Shown: positions 198,203 through 212,435 of the stretch, piece after piece
Numbering within the stretch: the stretch's first letter is position 1
How the letters are laid out: every line of letters begins with the position of its first letter
Source: Wallemia ichthyophaga EXF-994
Taxonomy: Eukaryota; Fungi; Basidiomycota
NCBI RefSeq assembly: GCF_000400465.1
Contig: NW_008806285.1
Span: forward strand, 20,001 to 268,000
Length of the DNA stretch: 248,000 bases
Direction: 5' to 3'
Translations under genes and position numbers: made by a program
Notes under the pieces: generated by a model
What the model was told of the DNA's origin: nothing
The model's input: only the letters and a program-made list of their open reading frames with translations
The model's database searches: none

Positions 198203-200432
198203 GGTTGTCTCCCTATTAAACTACATATATGGCTCAAATATTATTTCAAAGGTCGATAATTCTTTGAATTACTATGAAGGCTAAATAGTAAGTTTGAAGT
198301 GGAGCTCCAAAGTAAGTTACATAAAAAGCTCCCTATTTAATTTTCAAGGTGGCTTACGGGTCATTTTAAAGTGTGGCTAACTAGTAATATTCAAAGATGT
198401 CTTACTAGGAATGTTCAGGGGTGTCTCACTAAATATATCTCAATAGTAATTATTAATTTAAAAGTGTGAGTTATTGCGATATTTCTGAAGTAAATCACCG
198501 ACAATGTTCAAGGTTTCCTCGCCAATAATACCTAATAATGGCTTACTTTTAATTATAATAAATGTCTCATCAATTTCAAGAATCGATGGATCACTAGCAA
198601 AGTTAGGATGTGACTAATCATCAGCCAAAGTCAAGCAAGTGTGCCCAATAATTCAAAGGGAATATGAGCACACCCGAAGCTGTTCTTGACCAGATGAGCT
198701 CCTATTAGAATTCCGGCGCATGATATACTACGGTTCATTCACATCAGTTAATCTTTCGAACACGATTGATACCACTAGAAACGCTAAATTTTACGACAGC
198801 ACATATGGAAACGGATTGCCATTTTCTTCATCGAGACAATTCATCAAAAAGGGTAAAATCAATCACAGACCGGCTAAGAACAACAAATTTATGACGTAGA
198901 AACTATAAAACAAGTTCCAAAGTGAAATGTTTCGCTGTTTCACGATATGACCAACCCAAATTGAGTGTCGATGCGTTGGTCTATTAAATCATGCTTGCAT
199001 AAAAAACAAAAAAGTTCTACCAAACAGATGAGAAGCAAATAAAACATGCAAACGTGCTTATCAGGGCAAAAAAAAACATTGCACCGTGCCGACTGCCAAA
199101 GTCCCAGGCGAAAAATGGAATTGGAAATGGTCAAAACATGCGTCAGTTGAAACAGGGTGATAGATCTCCATGCATTAATAAATATTAGATAATGAAAATA
199201 TGAACAATGAGACAAAAACACAAACGGACACAAAAAAAGCCATGGAATGAAACTGTTCAACTTCTTCCATTTTGTTAAGTACATAAAAATCTGTAATGAT
199301 ATGCAACAAAATGTCCCCCGTTTGAAATCAATTGAAAACAACGAAGACCTAAGAAAGTAATGTTATAGAATGACCAAGAACGTATCAGCTACTTTGCGGT
199401 TATATAAGTTGAAGATACTGTTACAGGAGGGCAACGTCAATTCTTTGTAAGCCGATTAAAGACGATGGCATCCTTATACTTGATTTAAACTTTTCTAAAA
199501 ATCAAGCTGGTTGGTATATTTTTCTTTTGAAAGTCTTGGAGTAAATATTGTCAAGTAGCAATAATCACTGAAATATTAATAATATACAAATTAATGTAAA
199601 AAAGTTTGGCACTAAAACAAGTTAATTCAAGGACAAAAAAACATCACTTTCCATTTAAGTAATTGCGTTAGCTGCGATAACATAGCATTACAGTTAAACT
199701 TAAATTGTTCATTTTTAAATATTAATCGAGAGTCCGAACTTTTCTCCTTTTCACGTAGTGGCTTTTTGAAAAACGTTTTCCAACGAAGGAAAAGTAGGTC
199801 TCGAAGAATTATTCATCATTGAGAGCAATTTTGCTAATTGTCAAGCTCAACAGTTAGAGTATTTGGTTTATGTTCATCTTTTATGTCAAAAGAGATTTGC
199901 TAACTCGGATGTAAAAACAAATTGAAGTTTAGCAAAATAATGAATAAATCTTAATTTATGGCAAAATTAACGCTCAAAAAAAGAACATTTCTTCCACCTA
200001 CTTCGGCAGTGAAAGTAAATTTATAATAAATATTTATGAAATCATGCCAATACTGTCATTACATATATTTGCATATTTTTGCATAGCGAATTTCTAGATT
200101 CTTATGAACCAGGTTCTGAGTAGCTTTAAAGAGAGACAAAATTCCAAAATTTACCCCTATTGAAGTTTCTTTGCCTTTCTTCAAGGTCGCGTAGATATTA
200201 AGGTTTTCTTTTAATTTGGTACATGATTATTTACAGGCAATTTGCTATCCCTCCTTGACAAAAAAAAAAAAATTGTATTCAGACAATGAATGGGTAACGA
200301 AGTCCGCTACAACATAGCGATGTTCTCATTTATTTTGGACAACCTAGATGTGGTGTCATTATCCCATTATTATAACTTTAAAATCGTCTAGTTACTTCGT
200401 CAAAGCAGACATCACTTTACAAACTTTACAAG
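198203..200432. other. AT-rich central core between inverted arms (candidate centromere core)
   Basis: Gene-free, visibly the most AT-rich tract in the window; degenerate ~24-bp repeats at its left edge. Confidence 0.65.
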
Positions 200433-202317
200433 TTAAAAACTCATATCAAGCAGCCCTTGAAAAAGTTAGGGTCAGATGTCAACTATAAGGGTTAGTCTAG
200501 TGGTCGGCTTGGCAAAATGAGAAAACATGCCTCTTTCTGCAAAGCTCTAAATATTACAGTGATAATGACTATTGCGACTACCTTGGGTTAGCTAGCTAGT
200601 TAATTTTTTAATTTTTCTGGATTTTAATAGACGTAGGGCTCTTGCCGCCAAAGCGGTCAATAATTCTTCTTAATGAATTGAGCTCTAAGTAGCAATTCTA
200701 CTTGCTTCTACAGCTACCTATAGCGAGTATATATCTTGTTTTCCTATTTATCCTATCGTCATCCTGCTAATCGCAATGAGGAAGCTTTTCAGGGAGAAAA
200801 GATGAAGTTATTGTGGGGCTCGAACGCAGTGAAACTGTTATGAGATATTAATAAATGTGATTTTGTTATGATTGCAAAACTTTTTTACGCACTTGTTAAA
200901 CTCTGATGAAACTTACTCCCTTCTGCCGGCATCAACTCAGTGGTTATCATACACCAGCGACGTTCTGGGAATTGATCAGTCAATGTGATCCTTGCAAATA
201001 AACTTGAAAGACATACAATCATGGCTCTTTTCTATAGTTTGGCACCACTACCACTTTACGATCATGAACAAGCATCAGCCAAGCCAAAGCGCTTAGCTTA
201101 GGAAACATTATATACTAGATAAGGTTAGCCGGAAGCAGTACGCATAGTGATTAGTATAGATACATATTCCCTTAACATATCCTAGTGTTCGAATTATGGC
201201 ATCATGATTAGTAGATTCAGCGGGAGGTGAAATTTCCATCCTAAATATCGCAAAATGACTCCTGAATTTTATGAAGTCTTGTTTCAATTGCTCTTCATTC
201301 AATAATTTTATTTGCCCCTAATCGCACCCTATTACGATGGGCAGTGCGAGGTCGACGACATCTAGAATACGACCCCCATCCTTTTCTAGAATGAAGAGAA
201401 GATAGCATTGAAGCAAGCTTAGACCCCGCAAGACAAGTAAGAAGTTTAATAAGCTGCGAGGAAGAGGAGAAGAAAGCAAAGCATGTACCTCGTTCATGCA
201501 CGCGGTGATTTCCCTTAGTCCTGTCAGCCGGTGAAACACCTGGCCAGTTTCGCTTGAGATCCTCGAGCACTGGCGCAAGACCACCCCATCTTGGGAAGTG
201601 TACCTCCGCCAGATATGCCAAATGCCTCAACCGTGGGCGTGCAAGGTCCTTCATTCTTGAGGTAGACCCTCACTTAGGCTCGATTAGTTCCGTCATTTAC
201701 GAACAATAATTTAGTCACTTTTCTTTCCATCAGCCTTCAGCCTTTCGAAATTTTTCCACAAAGTGTATATCTGTATTGTTTATCATTCTTTTCTCAGCCG
201801 TTGTTCCTAACAAAAGTATTTCGTTTTCTCTATGAATATTACTCGGTTAGAATTCTTTACAACCTTCTTCCATTATGTTGGTTTAGACTGCTGGGTTGTG
201901 GAATGAATGGTTTGTTCAACGAGCGAACAATCAAATAGAAAGAAGTGTAATCAGCGAAGACCAATAATATGTAAATTTTATATTTATTCTGAACAAAGGC
202001 GTGATCAGAATAAATATGAATAGTCATGGATTTCATTCGGCGGTTTAAATCCTAGAAGAGCGATATTAAGGACGTATGGTAGGTGATGTGGCTAGAGTTA
202101 GCGTGTCAAGAATCTAACAGCAAGTTAAATGTCTTTCACCGTGCTTTAAAAGCGTTAATGCGTCTAATGATATATTTTTAACTCTTGCCCATGTTTTGTG
202201 TAACATACAATTCATCAACTATAGATAAATCACTGTCAAGATATATTCGAGCCTCAATAATTTGCTGAGTTTGCTAATCAATTTTTTTACGCATCCATTC
202301 TGATTGTAATTTTGGAC
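200433..202317 (-). repeat. Right arm of 1,885-bp inverted repeat
   Basis: Mirror of 196318-198202; one mismatch seen near the inner edge (catatCaag vs catatTaag). Confidence 0.97.
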
Positions 202318-202506
202318 TGAGCGGAGGCAAATACTAACACAAAGGATAGCCGAATAACCCGATGAGAATGACAACATACTACAGTGCACTTCAAATTCTA
202401 ATTCATAGTAGCCATTTAATTCTTTTCGTGTGAATTTAAAAATAATGGATTGCACGCAATTCTATATGAAATGTACAATGAATCTCGCGGAATGGGTATT
202501 TAATAA

Positions 202507-205099
202507 TTAGTTGTTGTAGTTTAGGCTTGCGGAACTTAGCCTACGCAAAGATGTTCTGGTTGAATTGTTAAATTGATCTTGTTCTTTAGTATGGTCATAA
202601 GACGGAATATTTGCATTTGCAAATTCATATGTAGTTGTAGCAGCGCTTGGACTTGACGTATTAGCAAATGGTGTAATGGTCCCGCTAGTATTTGACATAG
202701 AGCCCCGCTTATATGACATCTTCTTTGAGGGAGTGATACCAAAGCGAGATTTTACACTACAGATTGAAGGTGATCGTGAGACTGAGGGATCACTAGACGA
202801 TTCGGTTTTAGGCAAATCACTGTTAATTAGAGAGTTTCTTTGCGAATTTGAAGACTTATTATCAATCAAATCATTTTCTTCGAGTTGTGTTGAATGAGAA
202901 TAGAGGGACATTCTTTCAGTATTGCTTGCAATTGTTTGAGACTCGTGTGACTGATTCAACTTGGCTTGTTCATGACATAGCTGTGTCGATTTAAAGTGAT
203001 CTTTCAAATCATTCCAAGGTAAGTTATTTTCTTTGAGAACAGTTTCAGTATTCTTATTATAAAGTGATTTTGATTGAGAATCGACAGCATTTAGTCTATT
203101 CTTCAAAGTCATAAAGGCTGATGACTGAGGTAATATCATCAAAAGACCATATAAGCACTTGAAAAGGAATGGATTTTGATCTGGTTCAAGTAATTGTAGT
203201 CTTAAACCAATGAAAACTGGGGATTCAATTAATTGAACAAGTTTGTCAACTTGAACGAGTAAATCGACATTGACGTGTAAATCCGAAATGATGTATAATA
203301 ATTCACTGGCGTGTTGATAGTTCTGAGAGAGCAAACATAGAGTAAAAACTGAGATTGGATTATGTGACCAAGACTTGTAAATTTTGCAAAATAATGATTT
203401 ATCTTGATCAGTTTCGATGTTTTTCAAAGATTTACGTAAGTCTGATAGTTCGGGTGCAGTAATCAAAACAATAGTTAGCTTTTGTATCAAGAAACTAACA
203501 AAATCGAAATCATCTTCAGATTGAATAATATCGGCCAAGGCTTGATAGATCTTAGAAGAGCCCAAACTTAAAGATAGTTGGCGAATAATCAAAGAACCGC
203601 GAAGATCTAAAAATCCACGGTCTGTAGAGAATAATTGAATCAAATTTTTCATGAACGCTATAAAGTAACTGAAATCAGAAACTTTGGAAATTTGAGCTAA
203701 AAGACGAAGGTTCCTTTTAATGACGTGCTCTGACGGATCGGAAAGAGTTTTGAGTAAAGCAGGAAAGGTGGCATCATCCAAACTGAAGATCTAGAAGACA
203801 GATTATTATAAAAGGCCAAAGGAAGAAGATACTAACCTCTTGGGGAGATATAGACTGTAACATCAACATCCAATCTAAAGCAGCAACTCTGGTTTGAACG
203901 TTATCATTCAACAGTTGCAAAGTTAGATTTGATAAAGTTAGCTGATAATCAAAGTTTTCAATAGAATGTAATGAACCTTTAATGATATTGAATAATTTGG
204001 AATTCAACTGATCAACTAAATGCTGGGTGTGAGGATTGTGATGAGAAAGGTATGGTAAGATTGTTGGAATCAATCTGGGAGTAAGAGGAATTAGAAGAGA
204101 AGGAGCAGAATCGAACAAAGAAGATAACCAATGAATTGCAGAGAATTGAATGACTTCATCTTGAGAGTTTAAATGATTAAACAGAGTTTCAGCGAGTTCA
204201 AAGTAATTGGGTTGAGATTGATTTGATTGAATATTAGATAAAAAGTTATTTAATAACGATTGAGTGGCCGATCTAACGTCAGGACTCGAATCAGACAGAT
204301 AACGCAATAAAGCGTCAAGAATCTTGGGTAGATGGGATATCAAATCGTTGCTGTTGATAGAATCGAATAAGGAAATCCAAGAAAGTAAAAACATTCTGGT
204401 GAAAGGAGAAACGACGTAAATTCTTTTCGATAGTAGTTGAATAAAGTGATTCAAATTGAATTGAGAATAAGACTCGGTGACTATGTCTTTTATTAGTCTA
204501 TCTAATAACTCACTACCATTCTTGACAGAGAGTTCAGAATCGGAGGAGAGTTTATTAAGACAATCGAATATTTGATCAAAGTGAGGCAAAAGATTAGATC
204601 TGGAAACTTTTGCGATGTTGTACATGGATTCGCAAGTGAAGTATCTAATTCTAGGATCAATATCGTTGAAGCAGGAGAGTATAGGTTTAATAATGATGTC
204701 TAGATAATGAATTAGTTGATCATCTAAAGCAACAGCGGCAGCTGCTAAACCAATTAAGCCACCATTCTTGATATTTGAATGATTCTCTTTATTAAATGAG
204801 GAAGCTAGCTGATCAATAATTAGTTTTATTTTATTTGTTTCATTCTTAAATAAAAATTCTTTCAACTGCTTTTCCAATTCCAACGCAGCAGATTTCCTCC
204901 TTTCATACTTTTGGTCATATAAGCTTCTTGATAAGTGATGGTCCATTTCAAACAAGTCAATAAATCTTATAGACCGAATAACTATGTGAGCGATTTTGGA
205001 TGGATGAAGTATGAGTTTATAATTGTAATAGGAAGTTTCAGATGGATTACGTAGAGCAAGATTACCTTTCTTAACGAGGAATTTGGTAACGGCGTTCAC
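202507..205099 (-). CDS. VAC14: Vac14 scaffold of the Fab1 complex
   Basis: YERRKSAALELEK, LVQLIESPVFIGLRLQLLEP, LMILPQSSAF. Confidence 0.92.
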
Positions 205100-205452
205100 A
205101 ATATTGTCGTTTACAGGGGGAGTGTATTATTATTCAATAGCGGCAGTTAAACAAGATGATTTTAGTGTGAGTATGGAGTTGTTAGAGGGTGTAGATAGTG
205201 GTACTGATGCTTTCAAAGGACGTTAAACCATTGATGATTAATAATCATGATTCGAATAAGAATACATCGATAGATGATAGCAACAGGAATAACAATAGTA
205301 ATGTCAATCAAGATATCGGTATCCTCAATAGAATACTAGGATACAACGGCTATAAAACATCAAGCAGTTTATTAGTAACTGATGCACCAAATTTAAATAA
205401 TTTAGGTAAAATGTAAAATTATCCATGAATACAAGCTCATATCAATTCAACG

Positions 205453-206356
205453 ATGAACCAAAACGATTTTAGACAGTTAATCAGTCAGAGTAATCAGTCT
205501 AAAAAGCATGAAAATCTGAAAAATCTAAACAAGAATGATAAAAAGAGATTGTCCAATCTATCCACCTTATCTAATGATATTCAACTACTCGCTCAATCAA
205601 AAGGCTTAAATTTAGATGAAATCAATAAACAAAAGCTCAATAAATCTAAAGAAGTTGATGAGCATGTTCAATCAGAATTAGACTCCGTGATCAGTAACAT
205701 AAAACCTCCTACTAATCAACAACATCATTCAAATAAAAGATCTCGTAATGACATACTAGCCGAATTAAAGCGATCTAAACTTGATCATCAGTTTGATGAT
205801 TCTGCTTCAACCCAACATACCTATAAGCCTCCTTCTCCCGATGCCTTGAACTCTGATGATGACATTTTCAACGATACCAACGATAAGTATCAGCCACCCA
205901 TTTTATCTGATAGCGATAGCAATAGTGATAGCGGTAGCCATAACAATATCGATACTACTTCGAAAGACATTCAATCACCATTTTCACAACCGCAATCACC
206001 ACAAATCTCACAATCACCTCTACGGAAAAACTCCCTCTCCCCCTCTCCATCCCCTGAACTAGACATCTCTGGTAGATTAGTCGGCTTAACTTCAACTGCA
206101 CTACCCAACGTCGCCCAACGCATTCAATCTGATAAAGACGCTGAAATAGCTGATCAACGTAAACAACGTAAACAAATTTGGCTAGCTAAGCAAGGCATCA
206201 AGAAGGACACTGGTGACAACCCTGAACCTCCACCCCAAAAGACTCAAACTGACTCTCAAAAGTTAAATTCAGACTATCAAAGGTATGTTATAGTCTTGAC
206301 ATTCAATCAATTAATAAGGTTACATTCACAGAATCAACGCTTATATACAAAAAAAT
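205453..206356 (+). CDS. RED/IK-like low-complexity nuclear protein
   Basis: MNQNDFRQLI N-terminus; acidic/Ser middle. Confidence 0.45.
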
Positions 206357-206408
206357 AAAAAATAAATAAACCCTACTATACAATCCTTTCCTTCATCTAC
206401 CAGTATCT

Positions 206409-209367
206409 TTACGCATTTGACATTTCGACTGGTACTGTTTCATAACCATTCTTTTGTAACTTTAATGGTCTAGTTGTAATCAGATCCCATATCTTATTTA
206501 AACGACCTGTAAAATCATTCTTCATCTTGTTTGTGATCCTCTCTCCTTCTTCGAATCTTGGCTTCCTCCACAGCTTCAACGTTAGGCTGTTTACGACAAC
206601 TGAAACTGACGAACACGCCATCGCCAACCCTGCCATCATCGGATGTAAATGAATATTCCAAGGCAAGAACATTCCCATAGCTAATGGTATAAAAATTGTG
206701 TTATACCCACAAGCCCACAAGAAGTTCATCTTTATCTTCTTCATTATCGCTTTTGATAACTTGATTGAGTTATAAACATCCTTGATTTCTCCTTGCCTCA
206801 TCAATACTATATCTGCTGCTTCAATTGCAATAGATGATCCAGAAGCCAAAGCTATTCCCACGGATGCTGCAGCAAGTGCAGGTGAATCATTTATTCCATC
206901 TCCCACCTGTACCTATATTAGTTTTTTTAAACAGTAAAATTTCAACTGACCATTGCTACACCTCCATCATTATCATCAATCATTGTAATCACCCTTTCTC
207001 GCTTTCCTTTCGGACTAACACCTGCAAATACTCTATTTTTTGCTATAAAAGCTTTTTCTGCTATTGACAAAGCGGTGTTCATTTGATCACCAGTCATCAG
207101 GTAGCTTTCGATTGAGATATTCGATAACGACCTAATTGTTTCTCTAACATTTGACTTAATTTCATCGCCAAGTGCGATTACCACTATTGGTTCTGATTGA
207201 ATAGTCACATATACTATTGTAAAGCCTTTTTCTGAATTTATATTCCTAAACTGTTCCAGGTCCTTTGGCTCTTTTATTCCTTTATGCAGTATTGTTTGAT
207301 TACCAATTTCGACTTGCAAATCAATTGAAGACTTATCGGATAATAACAAGGATACTTCTGATTCAACACCTTTACCTGTATGTGATAACCAGCTCTTGAT
207401 TGAATAGACATCGTCATTATTATTATCAACGATAACTTTATTGTTGAAATGATTCATAATTGCTTGACCCAGTGGGTGCTCACTCTTTGATTCCACAATC
207501 GATATAATCTTCATCACTTGCTCTTTTTTGAAACCTAATGAATGATAACCACCTCTGAATGCATCATCATTCCATGCAACAGAAGTAACGTTAATGTTCC
207601 CTTCAGTTATTGTACCAGTCTTATCCCAAACTATTCTTCTAATTTTGCTGGCTTGCTCTAATGCTTGACCACCTTTTATCAAAATTCCATTCTGAGCACC
207701 AACACCTGTACCAACCATTACAGCAGTTGGTGTTGATAATCCTAAAGCGCATGGACATGCGACAACAATAACTGAAATGCAAAGTTTCAAACAAACTGCA
207801 AATCTACTAACACCAATTTGATTGAATATGTGAGGTAAAGAGGATTTTGGTATAATCAAATAAGAAAGTATCATCCAGACCGAGAATGTTAATAATCCAA
207901 GTAAAATAACCGTTGGCACAAAGTAGCCAGCAATTCTATCGGCAAATGCTTGAATAGGGGCTTTAGAAGTTTGAGCATCTTCAACCAACTTTACTATTTG
208001 CGATAATGCCGTATCTGTACCTGATCTTGTAACACAAACATCAATAGATCCATTTATGTTCATTGTACCACCGGTAACAACATCCCCTTTTGATTTGGGT
208101 ACCGGTATGGGTTCACCTGTAATCATACTTTCATCAATTAATGAAGTACCTTTACAAACACAACCGTCTGCAGGTAATCTCTCTCCAGGTACCAACTTAA
208201 CTATGTCACCCTTTTGTAACAATTCCGTTGGTATCTTTTTTTCGTCGAAATGTACTTGATCTTGGTTTGATTCATCATAATTTGTGTAAATAACAGCTGA
208301 ACTTGGAGCCAATTGTAATAAATCTGATAAAGCTGTACTAGTTTTACCCTTTGCTAGATTCTCCAAGTATCTACCAAGCGTGACAAACGTAATCAACATT
208401 GTTGATGTATCAAAAAACGTTTGAGGTATTACGCTATCACTAGACCAAGTGAAAACGCTTGATACCATAACACCTGCACTATAAACAAAAGCAGCTGTTG
208501 TACCAAAAACAACTAAAACGTCCATTGTGGCTGATTTGTGAAGTAAACTTTTATAAGCCGGCTTATAGAAGAGTTTACCGATTCCAAATTGAACTGGAAT
208601 TGTTAAGACTAGACAGATAAGATCACCAATTGTCAATCCACGCCATAAGTTGAAGATAACAAAAGGTTTAACTGAAGGTATCATTGGTAAAAGCATTCCA
208701 ATTAGGAAGACGGGTATAGCGAATGTGGAGGAATACTTCAGAGCGTCTTTCCATTGATTAACTTCCTTGATTCTAGATAAGGATTTTAATTGACTATCAT
208801 TCCTGTCATCACGGATCATTGAATCGAAACCCGCATCCTGGATGGCTTCAACGATATCTCTAACGCCAATTTGATCAGCATTATAATGAACTCTAGCGAA
208901 TTCCATTGGTAATGAAATATCTGACGAGATAACGCCATCTAAATTTGATAAAGCTGATTGTATTGATGAAGTGCACGAAGAGCACGTCATGCCATAAATG
209001 GAGATATCAATAACGGACTTTGAGTTTAAATTAGTCAAAGCTGTTGCTTCAAATCCCATTTCTCCTATTTCCTTTTATAATTTTGTCAAATTGTCTATAA
209101 ATAGGTATTACAACTCACGTTAGCGAGCTTTTCAGGATCCCAGTAATCTTTGATATAATTTATAGTTGCCTTTTCTGATAACAGCGCGACTTGAATGGAT
209201 TCAACCCCTTGTAATTTCCCTATATAACTCTCGATACTCTGTAACGTAAGGAAGTCAGCGTAAAGAGAAACAATGAATAATATTAGATGACAAACCTGTA
209301 CACAAGAGCTACATGTCATGCCTTCTACTTTAAGCGTGCAATTCTCGATTGCTGTACTTTCCATCAT
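206409..209367 (-). CDS. CCC2: Copper-transporting P1B ATPase
   Basis: GMTCSSC HMA repeats, ACPCALGL, DKTGT, GDGIND. Confidence 0.95.
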
Positions 209368-209442
209368 GAAAGTTGCGTTGTACGTCCAAAGCTATTAATC
209401 AAATGCGATAAAATCCGTGATACAAATAAAATAAATTATCAA

Positions 209443-210519
209443 TTACTCTAATTCCTTCATAGACCTTGTAGCAGTACCGCGCTTTAATGGTTTCAATTGA
209501 TCATCAGAGCGCTTCCAACCAATGACATTTATAATCTGGAATGTGGCGGGTATAGTTCCATCTTGGTTGCCATGTAATGATTTGTAGATCTCTGAAGCTG
209601 CTATTAGAGTATCCCTTGAAATATGCGTTCTTCTTCCATTTATTGCGTTTGATTCACCCATGAACTTGAGATCCTCCATCAATTCGAACATTGAAGGATA
209701 ATTAATGATGAGATCATCAATATCAATAGTCAGTAATGTAAATCCAGCTCTGTTCATTAAATTGCCGACATCTGTCGTATCTGTCATTGGTGAAACATGA
209801 GGACCGAAGCCACCCCAGCGTTCTTGTTCAGCTAGTTGTAATGAAGTGCGTAATTCAAATAACGTATCACCACCAAATAAGCATCCCAAGAAAGGGCTAT
209901 CTGGTTTTAATGCGCGATTAAATTGAATCAAAGCACCAGGTAAATCGTTAACCCAGTGTAAACCCAAAGATGAAACGATAATATCAGTTGAATTGGGATT
210001 GAATATGTTATCAAATGAAGGGTTCTCTTCATCAATTTGAATCCTATTTGGTATCTCTAATCACGATTAGCTGAATATCAGCCATTTATGAAATTCAAGC
210101 TTACTAGCAAAGTATACATCGCTATCTTGATCTCTTAAAACAGCTTTAACTGTTCAAATTGTGAGAATAACTCAATGAATTAAAAGTAACTAACCTGACG
210201 AATCAGCGATGTTTATATCATCAGCCAATTCCTCTTCATCTAAAACTCTTGCAGCCTGATTGGATCCACTGCCAATACAAATAGCTTTAGTGTATCTCCT
210301 CTTTATATCAAGAAGCCTGTCCCTAAAGCTCTCTCCAACCTCATTCTTTATATAATCTACTGTCCTTGAATCTTGTAGGTTACTGGCTGCTACTTCCTTT
210401 TGCCACGTCTTTGTACTTCTATCAAAGACATTAAAAACTGAAGGCGTAGGCTTTTGAATTGAATTTAAATTTGAATGAGTTGCAAATCCTCTGAGATTCT
210501 TTATATTTCTCAATATCAT
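209443..210519 (-). CDS. NDUFAF5 methyltransferase-like complex I assembly factor
   Basis: LHWVNDLPG, TLFELR, IPATFQ. Confidence 0.9.
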
Positions 210520-210609
210520 GATAAATGCACTGGTTAAAGAGGTGAAATGTAAATTTATTTTCAAAATTCAACAATATACGGATATCATTGGATATCATAA
210601 CGCTGTAAT

Positions 210610-212099
210610 TTAATATTCTCCCTCTTCCTCAACTCCGTCTGCAGAATCAACTCCAACTTCTTCGTAATCCTTCTCAAGTGCTGCAAGATCTTCTCTAGCC
210701 TCTGAGAATTCACCCTCTTCCATACCCTCTCCAACGTACCAGTGAACAAAGGCGCGCTTTGAGTAAAGTAAGTCAAATTTGTGATCAAGACGTGCCCATG
210801 CGTTTGCGATTGCTGTGGTGTTTGAAAGCATACATAATGATCTTGATACCTTGGCGAGATCACCACCTGGAACCAAAGCTGGTGCTTCATTACAGATACC
210901 AAGCTTGAATCCAGTTGGACACCAATCAACGAATTGGATGGTACGCTTCGTCTTGATTGTTGCAACTGATGCATTAGCATCCTTTGGTACAACATCACCT
211001 CTGTAAAGCAAGCAACATGCCATATATTTACCTTGACGTGGATCACACTTAACCATTTGGTTGCCTGGGTCAAAGCAAGAGAATGTCATCTCTGAAACCG
211101 AGTTTTGCTCATGTGTTGCTTTCTCTGCTGATATTATTGGTGCGTAAGATGCCAATGGGAAGTGAATACGTGGGAATGGTACCAAATTCGTTTGGAATTC
211201 GTTAAGGTCAACGTTAAGTGATCCATCGAATCGAAGTGATGCAGTAACTGATGAAACAACTTGAGCAATAAGTCTGTTCAAATTGGTGTAAGATGGGCTT
211301 TGAATACCAAGTCTGTTACGGCAAATATCGTAGATAGCCTCGTTGTCAACCATGAAAGAACAATCAGAGTGCTCAAGTGTAGTGTGCGTAGTGAGAACAC
211401 TGTTGTATGGTTCAACAACTGATGTTGACATCTTTGGTGATGGGTAAACTGAGAATTCAAGTTTCGACTTCTTTCCGTAATCGAGTGAGAGACGCTCGAG
211501 GAGAAGTGCTCCGAAACCAGAACCGGTACCACCACCGAATGAGTGGAATACAAAGAATCCTTGAAGACCTGAACAGTTATCCGCAAGACGACGAACTCTG
211601 TCGAGTACTGAGTCTACGAGTTCTTTACCAACCGTGTAGTGACCACGAGCGTAGTTGTTGGCTGCGTCTTCCTTACCGGTAACCAAAGTTTCTGGGTGGA
211701 AGAGTGATCTGTATGGTCCAGTTCTAACCTCGTCAACTACGTTTGGCTCAAGATCGACGTAGATGGAACGAGGAACGTGCTTGCCTGATCCCGTTTCAGA
211801 AAAGAAAGTTGAGAATCCATCATCGTTAGCTGATGGTGAATCTGGCATAAGACGACCATCTGGCTGTGAATTTTGTTATTATTGAGTTCTGTTTATGTGA
211901 AAATTTTCAGCTTACTGAGAGACCGTGCTCAACGGTGTAGAGTTCCCCTGATACGCGTTAAATTTGATTTCAATAGATTTTAATCAACCCACAGCAAGCG
212001 TTACCGATTTGTACACCTGCTTGACCGACGTGCTATTGACAGTGAGTTGACGTGGCGCAGGAAATAGTTTAGACTTACGACGGAGATAACTTCACGCAT
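210610..212099 (-). CDS. TUB1: Alpha-tubulin
   Basis: MREVIS, GGGTGSG, ends EEEGEY. Confidence 0.98.
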
Positions 212100-212435
212100 T
212101 CTTAATTATTTATTGAATTTATTGGTATTTAACTGAAAGGGGCCTTGACTCTCGCAAATAAGGGTGCTTTAGAGAAAAGACTTGGTCGTACGGACTCAAG
212201 TGCGTCGCGTCTATAGATACGTGATGTATAAAATTTACAAGTCAGTGGAAATCCAACTCAAATATCATTCGTAACTTTGAACAACTTTTCATTGCCCCAG
212301 TCTCACCTCTTAACTTCGTCTCAATCTCTTTTTGACTTTGGCTCCTTACTCAATTCACAACGGCATCAAGTCATTTATATCTAATTGATTGCATGCAATT
212401 TCAAGTGGTATGACATAAATATTAGTTTCAGACCG

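Noticed and set aside
198940-199341. 133-aa minus-strand ORF in the core
   Set aside because: Phe/Leu/Cys-rich translation typical of an antisense A-rich tract; no homology recognised.
200485-200560. TAGTCTAGTGG A-box-like motif
   Set aside because: No downstream B-box or acceptor stem.
196318-202317. Interpretation as a TIR DNA transposon
   Set aside because: No TSD, no transposase ORF in the core, and the arms are far longer than typical TIRs. Kept only as an alternative.
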